Assembly: GCA_963719505.1 (NCBI GenBank)
Contig: CAVRCF010000004.1
Span: forward strand, 96,001-160,000
Source: Halobacteriovoraceae bacterium
GTDB taxonomy: Bacteria > Bdellovibrionota > Bacteriovoracia > Bacteriovoracales > Bacteriovoracaceae
DNA: 64,000 bases
Direction of reading: 5' to 3'
The position numbers and the translations under genes were made by a program. The first letter of the stretch is position 1, and every line of letters begins with the position of its first letter. Below the pieces are notes generated by a model. It was not told the DNA's origin. It was given only the letters and a program-made list of their open reading frames with translations, and did no database searches. Positions 56,043-64,000 of the stretch are shown here, piece after piece.

Positions 56043-56996
56043 ATGGGCGTTTATTCAAATATTAAATTATCAGAAATTAATGAAATACTAAGCTACTATG
56101 ACTTAGGAAGAGCGAAGTCTTTTGTACCGACAATGACTGGGATTTCAAACTCAAACTTCAAGGTTTCTATGGAGACTGGAAGTGACGTTTTGTTAAAAAT
56201 ATCAAATGATAAAACCATTGAACAACTCAATAATGAACAACACGTTTTAACAGCACTTGCAGACCATAAATTTGAATTTGCTTTAACTCCTTTTCAAACA
56301 ATTCAAGGTAAACCCATCTACCAACATAATAATTACTACGGGGTCGTTTTTCCTTTTATCGATGGGCTTCCTCCAGAAATAGACGCTGACGTTTGTTTTC
56401 AAGTTGGACAGGCCTTAGCAAAGCTCCACTCTTTAGATATCACCAAAGAGGATCTTGAGCATATTCGACCTCACGATGTGGTAGGGTTTGGTAGCCCAGA
56501 TATCAAAGAGTACTTGCAAAATGAAAACGCTGCTTCAGACTTCATAGAAGACTTTAAAACTGTCTTTCCTGATAACCTTGAAAACATCCCTTATGATGTC
56601 TTTCCCGTTGGGATCATTCACGGGGATTTGTACTTTGATAATTCACTTTTTAAAGACGGTAAACTTGTTACCTTGATAGATTTTGAGCAATCTGGTCGCG
56701 GACGATTTATTTTAGACATTGGTATTGCTATTTCTGGAACTTGCTTAAATAGAGACAAGTCAAATGTTGACAGGGCTTTGCTTGAGAGCTTTTTAAATGG
56801 ATATCAAAGTGTGCGAAATTTAAAAATTATCGAAAAAGAATATTTAGATAAAGCTATTTTAGTTGGATTTTTCTCCATTGCGCTTTGGAGAATTAAAAGG
56901 TTTTATGAAGGTAATCTTGATGAATCTAAGAAATATAATTATAGAGAGCTAACTCAACGGGCGAAAAATTATAAAAGAGAATTTATCAAATCTTAA
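56043..56996 (+). CDS. thrB: Homoserine kinase type II (APH-like)
   Basis: MGVY, GISNSNF, G.ALAKLH, GIIHGDLYFDNSLF, IDFE. Confidence 0.8.
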   Translation: MGVYSNIKLSEINEILSYYDLGRAKSFVPTMTGISNSNFKVSMETGSDVLLKISNDKTIEQLNNEQHVLTALADHKFEFALTPFQTIQGKPIYQHNNYYGVVFPFIDGLPPEIDADVCFQVGQALAKLHSLDITKEDLEHIRPHDVVGFGSPDIKEYLQNENAASDFIEDFKTVFPDNLENIPYDVFPVGIIHGDLYFDNSLFKDGKLVTLIDFEQSGRGRFILDIGIAISGTCLNRDKSNVDRALLESFLNGYQSVRNLKIIEKEYLDKAILVGFFSIALWRIKRFYEGNLDESKKYNYRELTQRAKNYKREFIKS

Positions 56997-57642
56997 ACTT
57001 TGGATCAATAATAATATCTTTTTTATCTAGCTGTATTCTCAAGTTTTTTATAAATTCATACGGCCATTTTTTTTGAACAATATTTATAACAAATGTTGGA
57101 ATCATTCCTCCAAAGTCATTTAAGAAAGCCATTTCAAGCTGAGTTTTTCCGGGAGTCTTCACGCTGACAATCGCGTAACCATCGTGAGAGAAACCTCTAA
57201 CATATTCGGGGTTTACTTTTAGATCTTTGTGCTTCTTTATCGACTTCATTTCAACTTTGAGAACTTTGGCTTTCTCGTCAAAGACACCACTACTTCTTAT
57301 AAGAAAGTCTCTGGGACTAAAAGGCCAAGGAGAGCCATAACGGTAGTAGACAATGGCCTCAGAAAAAGAGAGGTCTTCAATAGTTCTAGAGTCCTGAAGA
57401 TACGGGAGCCACTGAGTTTTTCTATCATTGTCAGCTAGGACTGTTACAACTCTAGAGATATCGTGATCGATAATTGTTTTAAACTTAATGGGGACAAGCC
57501 CAGAGGGATGTTCGTAATTTACTGGGGTATAAATCTCAATACCATCTTCGTTTGAGTAAAGTTCCCATTTGATTTTTTCTAGTAAGCTTTCAGAAAATGC
57601 GCTTGTCGATATAAAGAGTAATAGTAATATAATCGTTTTCAC
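56986..57642 (-). CDS. START-domain lipid-binding protein
   Basis: Signal peptide; W....EDGIEIY, W.P, PWPFSPRDF, DFGG.IP.FVIN; GTG start. Confidence 0.82.
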   Translation of the reverse strand: MKTIILLLLFISTSAFSESLLEKIKWELYSNEDGIEIYTPVNYEHPSGLVPIKFKTIIDHDISRVVTVLADNDRKTQWLPYLQDSRTIEDLSFSEAIVYYRYGSPWPFSPRDFLIRSSGVFDEKAKVLKVEMKSIKKHKDLKVNPEYVRGFSHDGYAIVSVKTPGKTQLEMAFLNDFGGMIPTFVINIVQKKWPYEFIKNLRIQLDKKDIIIDPKFKI

Positions 57643-58359
57643 TCATAGTCCCCAAAGGTGTGGTCTGCTTTTGGATTCAATTTGATCTTCAATAGAGTCA
57701 GGAAGGTCTTGAAAGAAGTCAATAGAAGTTAGTGCTTCAATTGTATCAAGAGGCACGAGAAAGGCTCTAAGGTCTTCTTTGGATTTCTTATGAGGGACAA
57801 GAAAAGAGAGGACTTTAATTTCGTTTTTGTCGTGGTAGAAGATAATTTTATAAAAAACTTTTGGAATATTTAGATTGCGAGACTGGTGGGTGGTTTTTTT
57901 GAAATCGAAGATCACCCCGGTTATCACTTCATAGTTTTTATGAGGTGCTGTAAGTCCTCGAACAAGATTTTCTAGCCTTTTCCATACACCGCGGTTAAAA
58001 CTTGGTGATTGTGCCGCAACATTTGTCATGAAAAACGTCTCTCTCATAGCGAGGTCACTTATTTTCATATCAGCAGCGGGAACCAAGTGCCCTCGGTCAA
58101 AGCCGGAACCATAGTAATGTTCTGGCCTTGGTGAGTACTTAGGGATGAGAGGATCGATAAAAAATTTATTTTCACGTCTTGCGTTACCTCTGAACATCTC
58201 TTCATTCAAAGTATATGAGACCCAACGAGCGAGTTTTTTATTTTTGCTAAAACATGTCTTGTAAAAGGAGTGAGATAAGACGGTATCGTTGCAGGTGTGC
58301 AAACTCGCAAAAGCGAGGTTGGTAAGTATTAATCCGAATACTGCAATCATTTTCATCAT
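57643..58359 (-). CDS. DNA/RNA non-specific endonuclease (NucA/EndoG-like), secreted
   Basis: WVSY.L, YYGSGFDRGHL.PAAD, TF.MTN...Q...FNRGVW..LE..VR. Confidence 0.93.
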   Translation of the reverse strand: MMKMIAVFGLILTNLAFASLHTCNDTVLSHSFYKTCFSKNKKLARWVSYTLNEEMFRGNARRENKFFIDPLIPKYSPRPEHYYGSGFDRGHLVPAADMKISDLAMRETFFMTNVAAQSPSFNRGVWKRLENLVRGLTAPHKNYEVITGVIFDFKKTTHQSRNLNIPKVFYKIIFYHDKNEIKVLSFLVPHKKSKEDLRAFLVPLDTIEALTSIDFFQDLPDSIEDQIESKSRPHLWGL

Positions 58360-58517
58360 TCATCCTTGAACTGTGTCTAAATGTTATCGTATTGTGAACA
58401 AAGAACCAAATAAAAAACAAATTATATATAATTTTCTAATTTTTTCTTACAAGAGCTCTCAATCCTAAAATCCGTGGTTTAATAGTTTAAATTTAATTAA
58501 TAGATCACGGAGGATTT

Positions 58518-59735
58518 ATGAAAATGATCATGACGATCGGACTGCTTGCAGTCACTGCTTCAACAGCATTTAGTGCAGAATATATTGTAAAACTAAAAGA
58601 CTCAGATACTGCAGTTTTAAAAAACTTTAAGGCTTCAAGACTTCTTAATTTAAGTTTTGGACATTTTGCCGTGGTTGAATCCGACCAAAAATTAGATTCC
58701 TTAAAAGCACTTTCAAATATTGAGTATATTGAACCAAACTATACTTACACAGCATTTACTTCTCCAAGCGATGCTAATTTCTCTAAGCAGTGGGGCCTTC
58801 ATAATGATGGGAGAAACTCTGGAAGCATTTGGTCTCCGGGGAAGAAAGGCGTTGATATTTCAGCTCTTGAAGCTTGGAAGATCACTAAAGGTGATCGAGC
58901 GGTAAAGATAGCTGTCATCGATACAGGTGTTGATTATAACCACCCTGATTTAGTTAAAAATATTATGGTTAATCAAGCTGAGCTTAACGGAACAGATGGA
59001 GTTGATGACGATAATAATGGTTTTATTGACGACGTTTATGGTTACGATTTTGGAAATAATGACAATGATCCGATGGATGGGCATGGACACGGAACTCACT
59101 GTGCTGGTGTTATTGGTGCAAGTCATAATGCTGAAGGTATTGCTGGTGTTATGGCAAACGTTCAAATTCTTCCCATCAAGTTTTTAAAAGACAATGGTTC
59201 AGGGACACTTGATGCTGCTATTGGTGCAATCGATTATGCCATTTCTCGTGGAGTGGATGTAATGAGTAACTCTTGGGGTGGATCTGGTAACTCACAGGCA
59301 CTTAAAGAGGCGATTATAAGAGCACGTGATGCAGGAATTACTTTTGTAGCTGCTGCTGGAAACTCTAATCAAGACAATGACTCTACGATGACTGTTCCAG
59401 CTGGTTATGATATCGAAAATATCATCTCTGTTGGTGCTCTAGATGGTAAAGGTCAAAAAGCAAACTTTTCAAACTATGGTAAAAACTCAGTTCACGTTTT
59501 TGCTCCAGGTGTAGATATTTACTCAACTGTTCAAAACGGTGGATATAAAAAGATGTCTGGAACAAGTATGGCATGCCCACATGTTGCAGGAGTGGTAGGA
59601 CTTGTCCTTTCTTCAGAGCCAAACATGAGCTATGCAGATATAAAAACGAGACTTATGTCGACGTCGATTAAGTCATCAGACCTGTCAAAATATACAGCTT
59701 CTGGCTATGTTGATGCAGCTTTATCTCTTAAATAA
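58518..59735 (+). CDS. Secreted S8 subtilisin-like serine protease
   Basis: VIDTGVD, HGTHCAG, GTSMACPHVAG catalytic triad; signal peptide and propeptide; RBS ggagga. Confidence 0.96.
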   Translation: MKMIMTIGLLAVTASTAFSAEYIVKLKDSDTAVLKNFKASRLLNLSFGHFAVVESDQKLDSLKALSNIEYIEPNYTYTAFTSPSDANFSKQWGLHNDGRNSGSIWSPGKKGVDISALEAWKITKGDRAVKIAVIDTGVDYNHPDLVKNIMVNQAELNGTDGVDDDNNGFIDDVYGYDFGNNDNDPMDGHGHGTHCAGVIGASHNAEGIAGVMANVQILPIKFLKDNGSGTLDAAIGAIDYAISRGVDVMSNSWGGSGNSQALKEAIIRARDAGITFVAAAGNSNQDNDSTMTVPAGYDIENIISVGALDGKGQKANFSNYGKNSVHVFAPGVDIYSTVQNGGYKKMSGTSMACPHVAGVVGLVLSSEPNMSYADIKTRLMSTSIKSSDLSKYTASGYVDAALSLK

Positions 59736-59749
59736 TTAAATATTGGAGG

Positions 59750-61499
59750 GTAACTGCTCAATAAAGTGTTCTTCAAATCTTTAAAAATATTTATTTTGAA
59801 CTAAACATCAGAAATTGTTTGGCCATCCATCTCTTTTTTGTAAATATATCTCCATGGCATTTGATGAATTAAAAAACATGGCAATGGGATGGGTAAATAC
59901 TTGGAATAAAGGCAAACTCAAAAGAAAGTTAAAAGAGACTGCTCAGCGTGCTGTAGACCTTACTATAGAAAATTCAGAGTTGGAAAAAAAGAATAGTGAA
60001 CTCATAGATGAAGTTCGTCGTCTCAAAGGTGAAAAAGAAAAACCTAAAATAAAGCCAACAAATACTAGTGACCTAAATCCACCTCCGAAGAAAGAACATA
60101 AGAAAAAGTCTAAAAAGAAAGATATCGAAGTTGATGAAGAGATTGAAATTTCTCCAGATAAAAATGAACTCCCTAAAGACGCTAAATTCATCGGTTCTAG
60201 AGATGTTGTGGTCCAAGAAATAGTATTTAATCGCAGAAATATAAAATTCTCTATTAAGAGATATTACTCTGAAAGTCTTAGTAGAGTTATCGAAGGTGAG
60301 ATACCTTCAGGTTTCAAGGGCCATCAGTTTGGTCCTAAACTTCGGGCCCACATTCTTTATTTGAATTACAAATTAAGAGTTCCCCACGAAAAGATTAGAG
60401 AAATGCTCTCTGAGCTAAAAATTGATATTAGTGCTGGAACTATAAATTCAATTCTAAATAACCTGACTGATGACTTTCAGGTTGATCTGGAATCCGCAAG
60501 ACATGCAGGACTAAAAAGAGATTCGAAAGTTCATATCGATGATACTGGGGCGAAAGTTAATGGAGTAAAAGCTTACACATTTGGAGTAAGCCATAAGTAC
60601 TTTACTAGCTTCACTACGAGTTTTGAAAAGAATCGTTGGGCATCGGTGGGAGCACTCTTTGGAGGTGAGCAAAGGTTTATTTTCGATAGAGCTGCAATTG
60701 ATTTTATTGGTAAGAAACTAAAACGTCCCAAGGTTACAGTATTTTTTAACCTTCTAGAAAAGAAGATAAGTTTTAGTCGAGAAGAATTAGAGGTCTTTTT
60801 TGAAGATTCGACTTTCTCAGATGTAACTAAAAAACAAAAAGATATCGTTAGAACTGCTGGTGCACTTAGTTATGCGAACTCTAGAGCGAATGGACCACCA
60901 ATAAGATTTTTAATCTCAGATGAAGGGACAAATTTTAATGGGCTTCATAGGAACCATCAGCTTTGTTGGGTGCATGAGATTCGTAAATATAAGCTATGTG
61001 AGGTTTTCAAAAGAATAGAGAGTGAAACCCTTGAGAAATTGGTTCGTCAGTGGAGAGCTTTTTATAAGCTCATGAAGAGGTACAGGAATAATCCTGACAC
61101 CGTTAAGAGAATACAGATTCGATCAGAATTTGAGAGGATCACGTCTTTAAAAACATTAGTTAAACCACTGGATGCACAGCTTGGAAGAACAAGAAAGAAT
61201 AGAGATAAACTTTTACTATTTTTGAAATACCCACAACTTCCTCTGGATAATAACCTTTGCGAAAGAGACCTTCGAGAACGAGTGATAAAAAGAAAAATCT
61301 CACTTCAAAACCGCTCATTGAAAGGAATGAAGTCTTGGGACTTGATGCTTTCACTGGCCTCAACTTGTAGAAAAATAAATTTGAGTTTTTGGCGATATTT
61401 AGAAGATCGAATCTCCCAACGAGAAGAAATTCCATACCTGGGCAAGCTAGTTCAAGCTATTTAAATCCTATAAATTTAAACACAATATTGAGCAGTTAC
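59750..61499 (+). mobile_element. IS66-family (single-ORF ISBst12-like) insertion sequence, 1750 bp
   Basis: TIRs GTAACTGCTCAATA(AA/TT)GTGTT; 8-bp TSD ATTGGAGG at 59742-59749 and 61500-61507. Confidence 0.92.
59854..61464 (+). CDS. IS66-family TnpC-type transposase
   Basis: Coiled coil EVRRLKGE, FGPKL, HIDDTG, LISD, QLCWVH, PLDNNLCERDLR. Confidence 0.9.
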   Translation: MAFDELKNMAMGWVNTWNKGKLKRKLKETAQRAVDLTIENSELEKKNSELIDEVRRLKGEKEKPKIKPTNTSDLNPPPKKEHKKKSKKKDIEVDEEIEISPDKNELPKDAKFIGSRDVVVQEIVFNRRNIKFSIKRYYSESLSRVIEGEIPSGFKGHQFGPKLRAHILYLNYKLRVPHEKIREMLSELKIDISAGTINSILNNLTDDFQVDLESARHAGLKRDSKVHIDDTGAKVNGVKAYTFGVSHKYFTSFTTSFEKNRWASVGALFGGEQRFIFDRAAIDFIGKKLKRPKVTVFFNLLEKKISFSREELEVFFEDSTFSDVTKKQKDIVRTAGALSYANSRANGPPIRFLISDEGTNFNGLHRNHQLCWVHEIRKYKLCEVFKRIESETLEKLVRQWRAFYKLMKRYRNNPDTVKRIQIRSEFERITSLKTLVKPLDAQLGRTRKNRDKLLLFLKYPQLPLDNNLCERDLRERVIKRKISLQNRSLKGMKSWDLMLSLASTCRKINLSFWRYLEDRISQREEIPYLGKLVQAI

Positions 61500-61502
61500 A
61501 TT

Positions 61503-61528
61503 GGAGGTGTTAGAATTCTAACACCTCC
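61503..61528. terminator. Perfect palindromic hairpin (probable original S8 protease terminator)
   Basis: ggaggtgttagaa/ttctaacacctcc; its first 5 nt lie in the IS66 TSD. Confidence 0.6.
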
Positions 61529-61604
61529 CTATCTTTCCTACATTCCAACAAGCTGTAATTCCAAAAAGATGAGATTATCTTAAAAATCAATTTTTGGAGA
61601 AATC

Positions 61605-62120
61605 ATGAAAAAAGTCATTTTAACCATATTTGTTTGCCTCTTTAGCTTTCAGTCTTTTGCTACCTGTATTGAGAAATATCAAAGCACAAAAGTTGGGCAC
61701 TATATGGACCCTATGGCCCAAGAAACCCAATCACTTATAAACATAGGTTCTTCGGCGACTGGACTAATTGTTGGAACTTCTGTCTTAGGCTTTACTTTTG
61801 TCGGTGGAATGGCGATGCTCGCAATTGCATCAGGTCCAATTATGGTTGGTGAGGCCATCCAAAGCATCAAAAATAAAAAAGAAAATAGAGCGATTAGGTT
61901 AATTAGACAGGCCCAGGCCCATGTTGATGGGAAGAAGGCCCTTGGTCTTTTTAAACGAGTTTCAAGAAAAATCATAAAGAATAATGCTGGTAGTAACTCT
62001 TTAGATATTGCTATAGCCATCGTAAAAGGCAATGAAGATATGACTCTATGTCAGGGCGATAATGGAGTTAGAGAAATCAAGCGAGCACAAATGGATGGAA
62101 CCTTGATTCTTCTGGACTAA
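61605..62120 (+). CDS. Hypothetical secreted/membrane protein
   Basis: RBS ggaga; signal peptide ending SFA; Gly-rich hydrophobic hairpin. Confidence 0.7.
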   Translation: MKKVILTIFVCLFSFQSFATCIEKYQSTKVGHYMDPMAQETQSLINIGSSATGLIVGTSVLGFTFVGGMAMLAIASGPIMVGEAIQSIKNKKENRAIRLIRQAQAHVDGKKALGLFKRVSRKIIKNNAGSNSLDIAIAIVKGNEDMTLCQGDNGVREIKRAQMDGTLILLD

Positions 62121-62202
62121 CAAAGAATTGGACAGGTCTGTGCTGCTTCGCGCAGACTCAAGTTATTATGACAATCAGGGCTAAATTTGCTACTGTTTGA
62201 TC

Positions 62203-64000
62203 ATGAAAAATATCGAGATTCGCGGTGCACGCGTTCACAATTTAAAAAATATAGACGTAGATATAAAAAGAAACTCTTTGACGGTTATTACCGGTCCGTC
62301 CGGATCTGGAAAATCATCTTTGGCCTTTGATACACTTTATGCTGAAGGACAAAGAAGGTATATCGAATCTCTTTCAAGTTATGCGAGACAATTTTTAGGA
62401 CAGATGGAGCCACCCGATGTTGAAAGTATTGTTGGATTGAGTCCAGCGATTGCTATCGATCAAAAAAGTACCTCAAAAAATCCAAGGTCTACGGTAGGAA
62501 CGATCACTGAAGTCTACGATTATCTAAGAGTTCTCTATGCTCGCGTCGGGACGCCTTTTTGTCCGGAGTCAGGAGACAAACTTGAAAGCCAGTCGGCCGA
62601 ACAGATTGTAAAAAAGCTTTTAGCAAAAAAAGATAAAACCAAACTTCATATCATGGCCTCAATTATCTCAAATCAAAAAGGCGAGCACAAAGAGATGCTC
62701 AATAAATATCAAAGCATGGGGTTTTCGAGAGTCAGAGTTAACGGTGATATTCTCACTTTAGATGATGACATTAAACTTTCTAAAACGAAAAAAAGTGACG
62801 TTGAAATAGTGGTCGATAGAGTTGTTGTAAAAGAGGGGATTAAACCCAGACTTACGGACTCTTTGGAGCAAGCCCTAAAAATTGGCAATGGAAATATTTT
62901 TGTACTTGCAGATGATAAACTTGAATTCTATTCAGAGCACCTCTATTCCCATACAAGTGGTAAAAGTTACCCTGAATTAGAGCCGAGACTTTTTTCTTTT
63001 AATTCCCCTTTGGGTGCCTGTGAAATGTGCAATGGGATTGGTGAGACCAAAGTTTTTACTCGAGACAAATATATTACTGATGATAGCTTGTCACTTGCCA
63101 ATGGGGCAATTGCACCTCTTGGTAAAAAGGGTGGCTTTTACTACTCAATGGTTAAATCAATTCTAGACTCTGAAAAAGTGAAACCATCAACCGCTCTAAA
63201 AGACTGGCCTAAAAAAGTATACGATATCGTTTTTAATGGAACAGAAAAAGAGTACGAGTTTAAATTTGAATCAGAGAGATCCACTTATAAGTTTAAAAAA
63301 TCATTTCCTGGTCTCGATACGTGGCTAGATAATAAATATAAAGAAAGTAATTCAGATCGTGTAAGAGAAGATCTCGAAAAGTATATGACCATTGAACTAT
63401 GTCCTAGTTGTCAGGGTAAAAGACTTAACTCCTATGCACGGGAAGTAAAAGTTAAAGAGATGGGCATTATAGATATCACTCAAATGAGTATTGAAGACGC
63501 TTATGCATTTATGCAAAAAGTTAAGTTTAAGGGAAACAAAGGCATCGTTGCCGACAAGCTTTTAAAAGAAATTAATTCAAGGCTAAAGTTTCTCGTCGAC
63601 GTGGGGCTTACATATCTGACCTTAAATCGAGGGGCGATGACCTTATCTGGTGGTGAGTCTCAAAGAATTAGACTTGCGACGCAGATTGGGTCAGCTTTGT
63701 CTGGGGTCCTCTATGTTTTGGATGAGCCAAGTATAGGTCTTCACCAAAGAGATAATGATAAGCTCATTAAAACGCTTAAGCATTTAAAAAGTCTTGGAAA
63801 TACAGTTGTTGTTGTTGAACACGATGAGGATACGATGCTTGCGGCAGATCATATTATCGATATAGGACCTGGAGCCGGTATTCACGGTGGTGAGATTGTC
63901 GACTTTGGTACTCCTGCAAAAATTAAAAAATCAAATTCTATAACGGGAAGGTTTTTATCAAATAGGGAAATAATTCCAGTTCCAGAAAAAAGACGAAAAC
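62203..64000 (+). CDS. uvrA: Excinuclease ABC subunit A (5' part; runs off the window)
   Basis: MKNIEIRGARVHNLKN, GPSGSGKSSLAFDTLYAEGQRRYIESLS, LSGGESQRIRLATQIGS, LDEPSIGLHQRDN; open to the window end. Confidence 0.97.
   Translation, partial: MKNIEIRGARVHNLKNIDVDIKRNSLTVITGPSGSGKSSLAFDTLYAEGQRRYIESLSSYARQFLGQMEPPDVESIVGLSPAIAIDQKSTSKNPRSTVGTITEVYDYLRVLYARVGTPFCPESGDKLESQSAEQIVKKLLAKKDKTKLHIMASIISNQKGEHKEMLNKYQSMGFSRVRVNGDILTLDDDIKLSKTKKSDVEIVVDRVVVKEGIKPRLTDSLEQALKIGNGNIFVLADDKLEFYSEHLYSHTSGKSYPELEPRLFSFNSPLGACEMCNGIGETKVFTRDKYITDDSLSLANGAIAPLGKKGGFYYSMVKSILDSEKVKPSTALKDWPKKVYDIVFNGTEKEYEFKFESERSTYKFKKSFPGLDTWLDNKYKESNSDRVREDLEKYMTIELCPSCQGKRLNSYAREVKVKEMGIIDITQMSIEDAYAFMQKVKFKGNKGIVADKLLKEINSRLKFLVDVGLTYLTLNRGAMTLSGGESQRIRLATQIGSALSGVLYVLDEPSIGLHQRDNDKLIKTLKHLKSLGNTVVVVEHDEDTMLAADHIIDIGPGAGIHGGEIVDFGTPAKIKKSNSITGRFLSNREIIPVPEKRRK

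Noticed and set aside
1079-62032. Numerous 60-120 aa ORFs antisense to or nested in long CDSs (e.g. 1079-1417, 32301-32666, 61700-62032)
   Set aside because: Shadow ORFs of well-supported genes, with no RBS or motifs noticed
62136-62157. Hairpin GTCTGTGC-TGCTTC-GCGCAGAC upstream of uvrA as a REP element or SOS operator
   Set aside because: Only one copy in the window and no match to a LexA box I can recognise; most likely the 3' stem of the preceding gene
1-64000. CRISPR arrays, tRNA/rRNA genes, prophage, recognisable anti-phage systems
   Set aside because: No regularly spaced repeats, cloverleaves, rRNA signatures, phage structural genes or defence-gene motifs were seen

Overview
A 64-kb AT-rich, gene-dense chromosomal window. 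Its gene content (many secreted and lipoprotein ORFans, sigma54 promoters, monomeric IDH, S8 protease, elicitor-type transglutaminase) suggests a Bacteriovoracaceae/Halobacteriovorax-like predatory bacterium; this taxonomy is inferred, not shown. The window holds about 70 CDSs, ending in a truncated uvrA. Three intact insertion sequences have readable ends and target duplications: IS1202 family with a 16-bp TSD, IS481 family, and IS66 family ISBst12-like with an 8-bp TSD. A ~12-kb photo-oxidative stress cluster (22.7-35.1 kb) combines photolyase, a desaturase, two cfa-like methylases, an FAD oxidoreductase, DUF1365, DUF1295, DUF2878, a C-factor SDR and glutathione peroxidase, resembling furan-fatty-acid/singlet-oxygen defence loci, but no regulator gene is present. 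The most novel signal is a pair of ~110-nt non-coding elements at 47872-47981 and 52138-52248 (minus strand). Each lies directly behind a canonical sigma54 -24/-12 promoter with an IHF-like site at identical spacing. Each folds into a closing stem, a large bubble and a hairpin with compensatory base changes, making this a candidate undescribed sigma54-dependent sRNA family. Other findings are a second candidate structured RNA (50481-50631) and an unannotated 58-aa secreted acidic peptide (22232-22408). All protein calls come from motif recognition without database searches.
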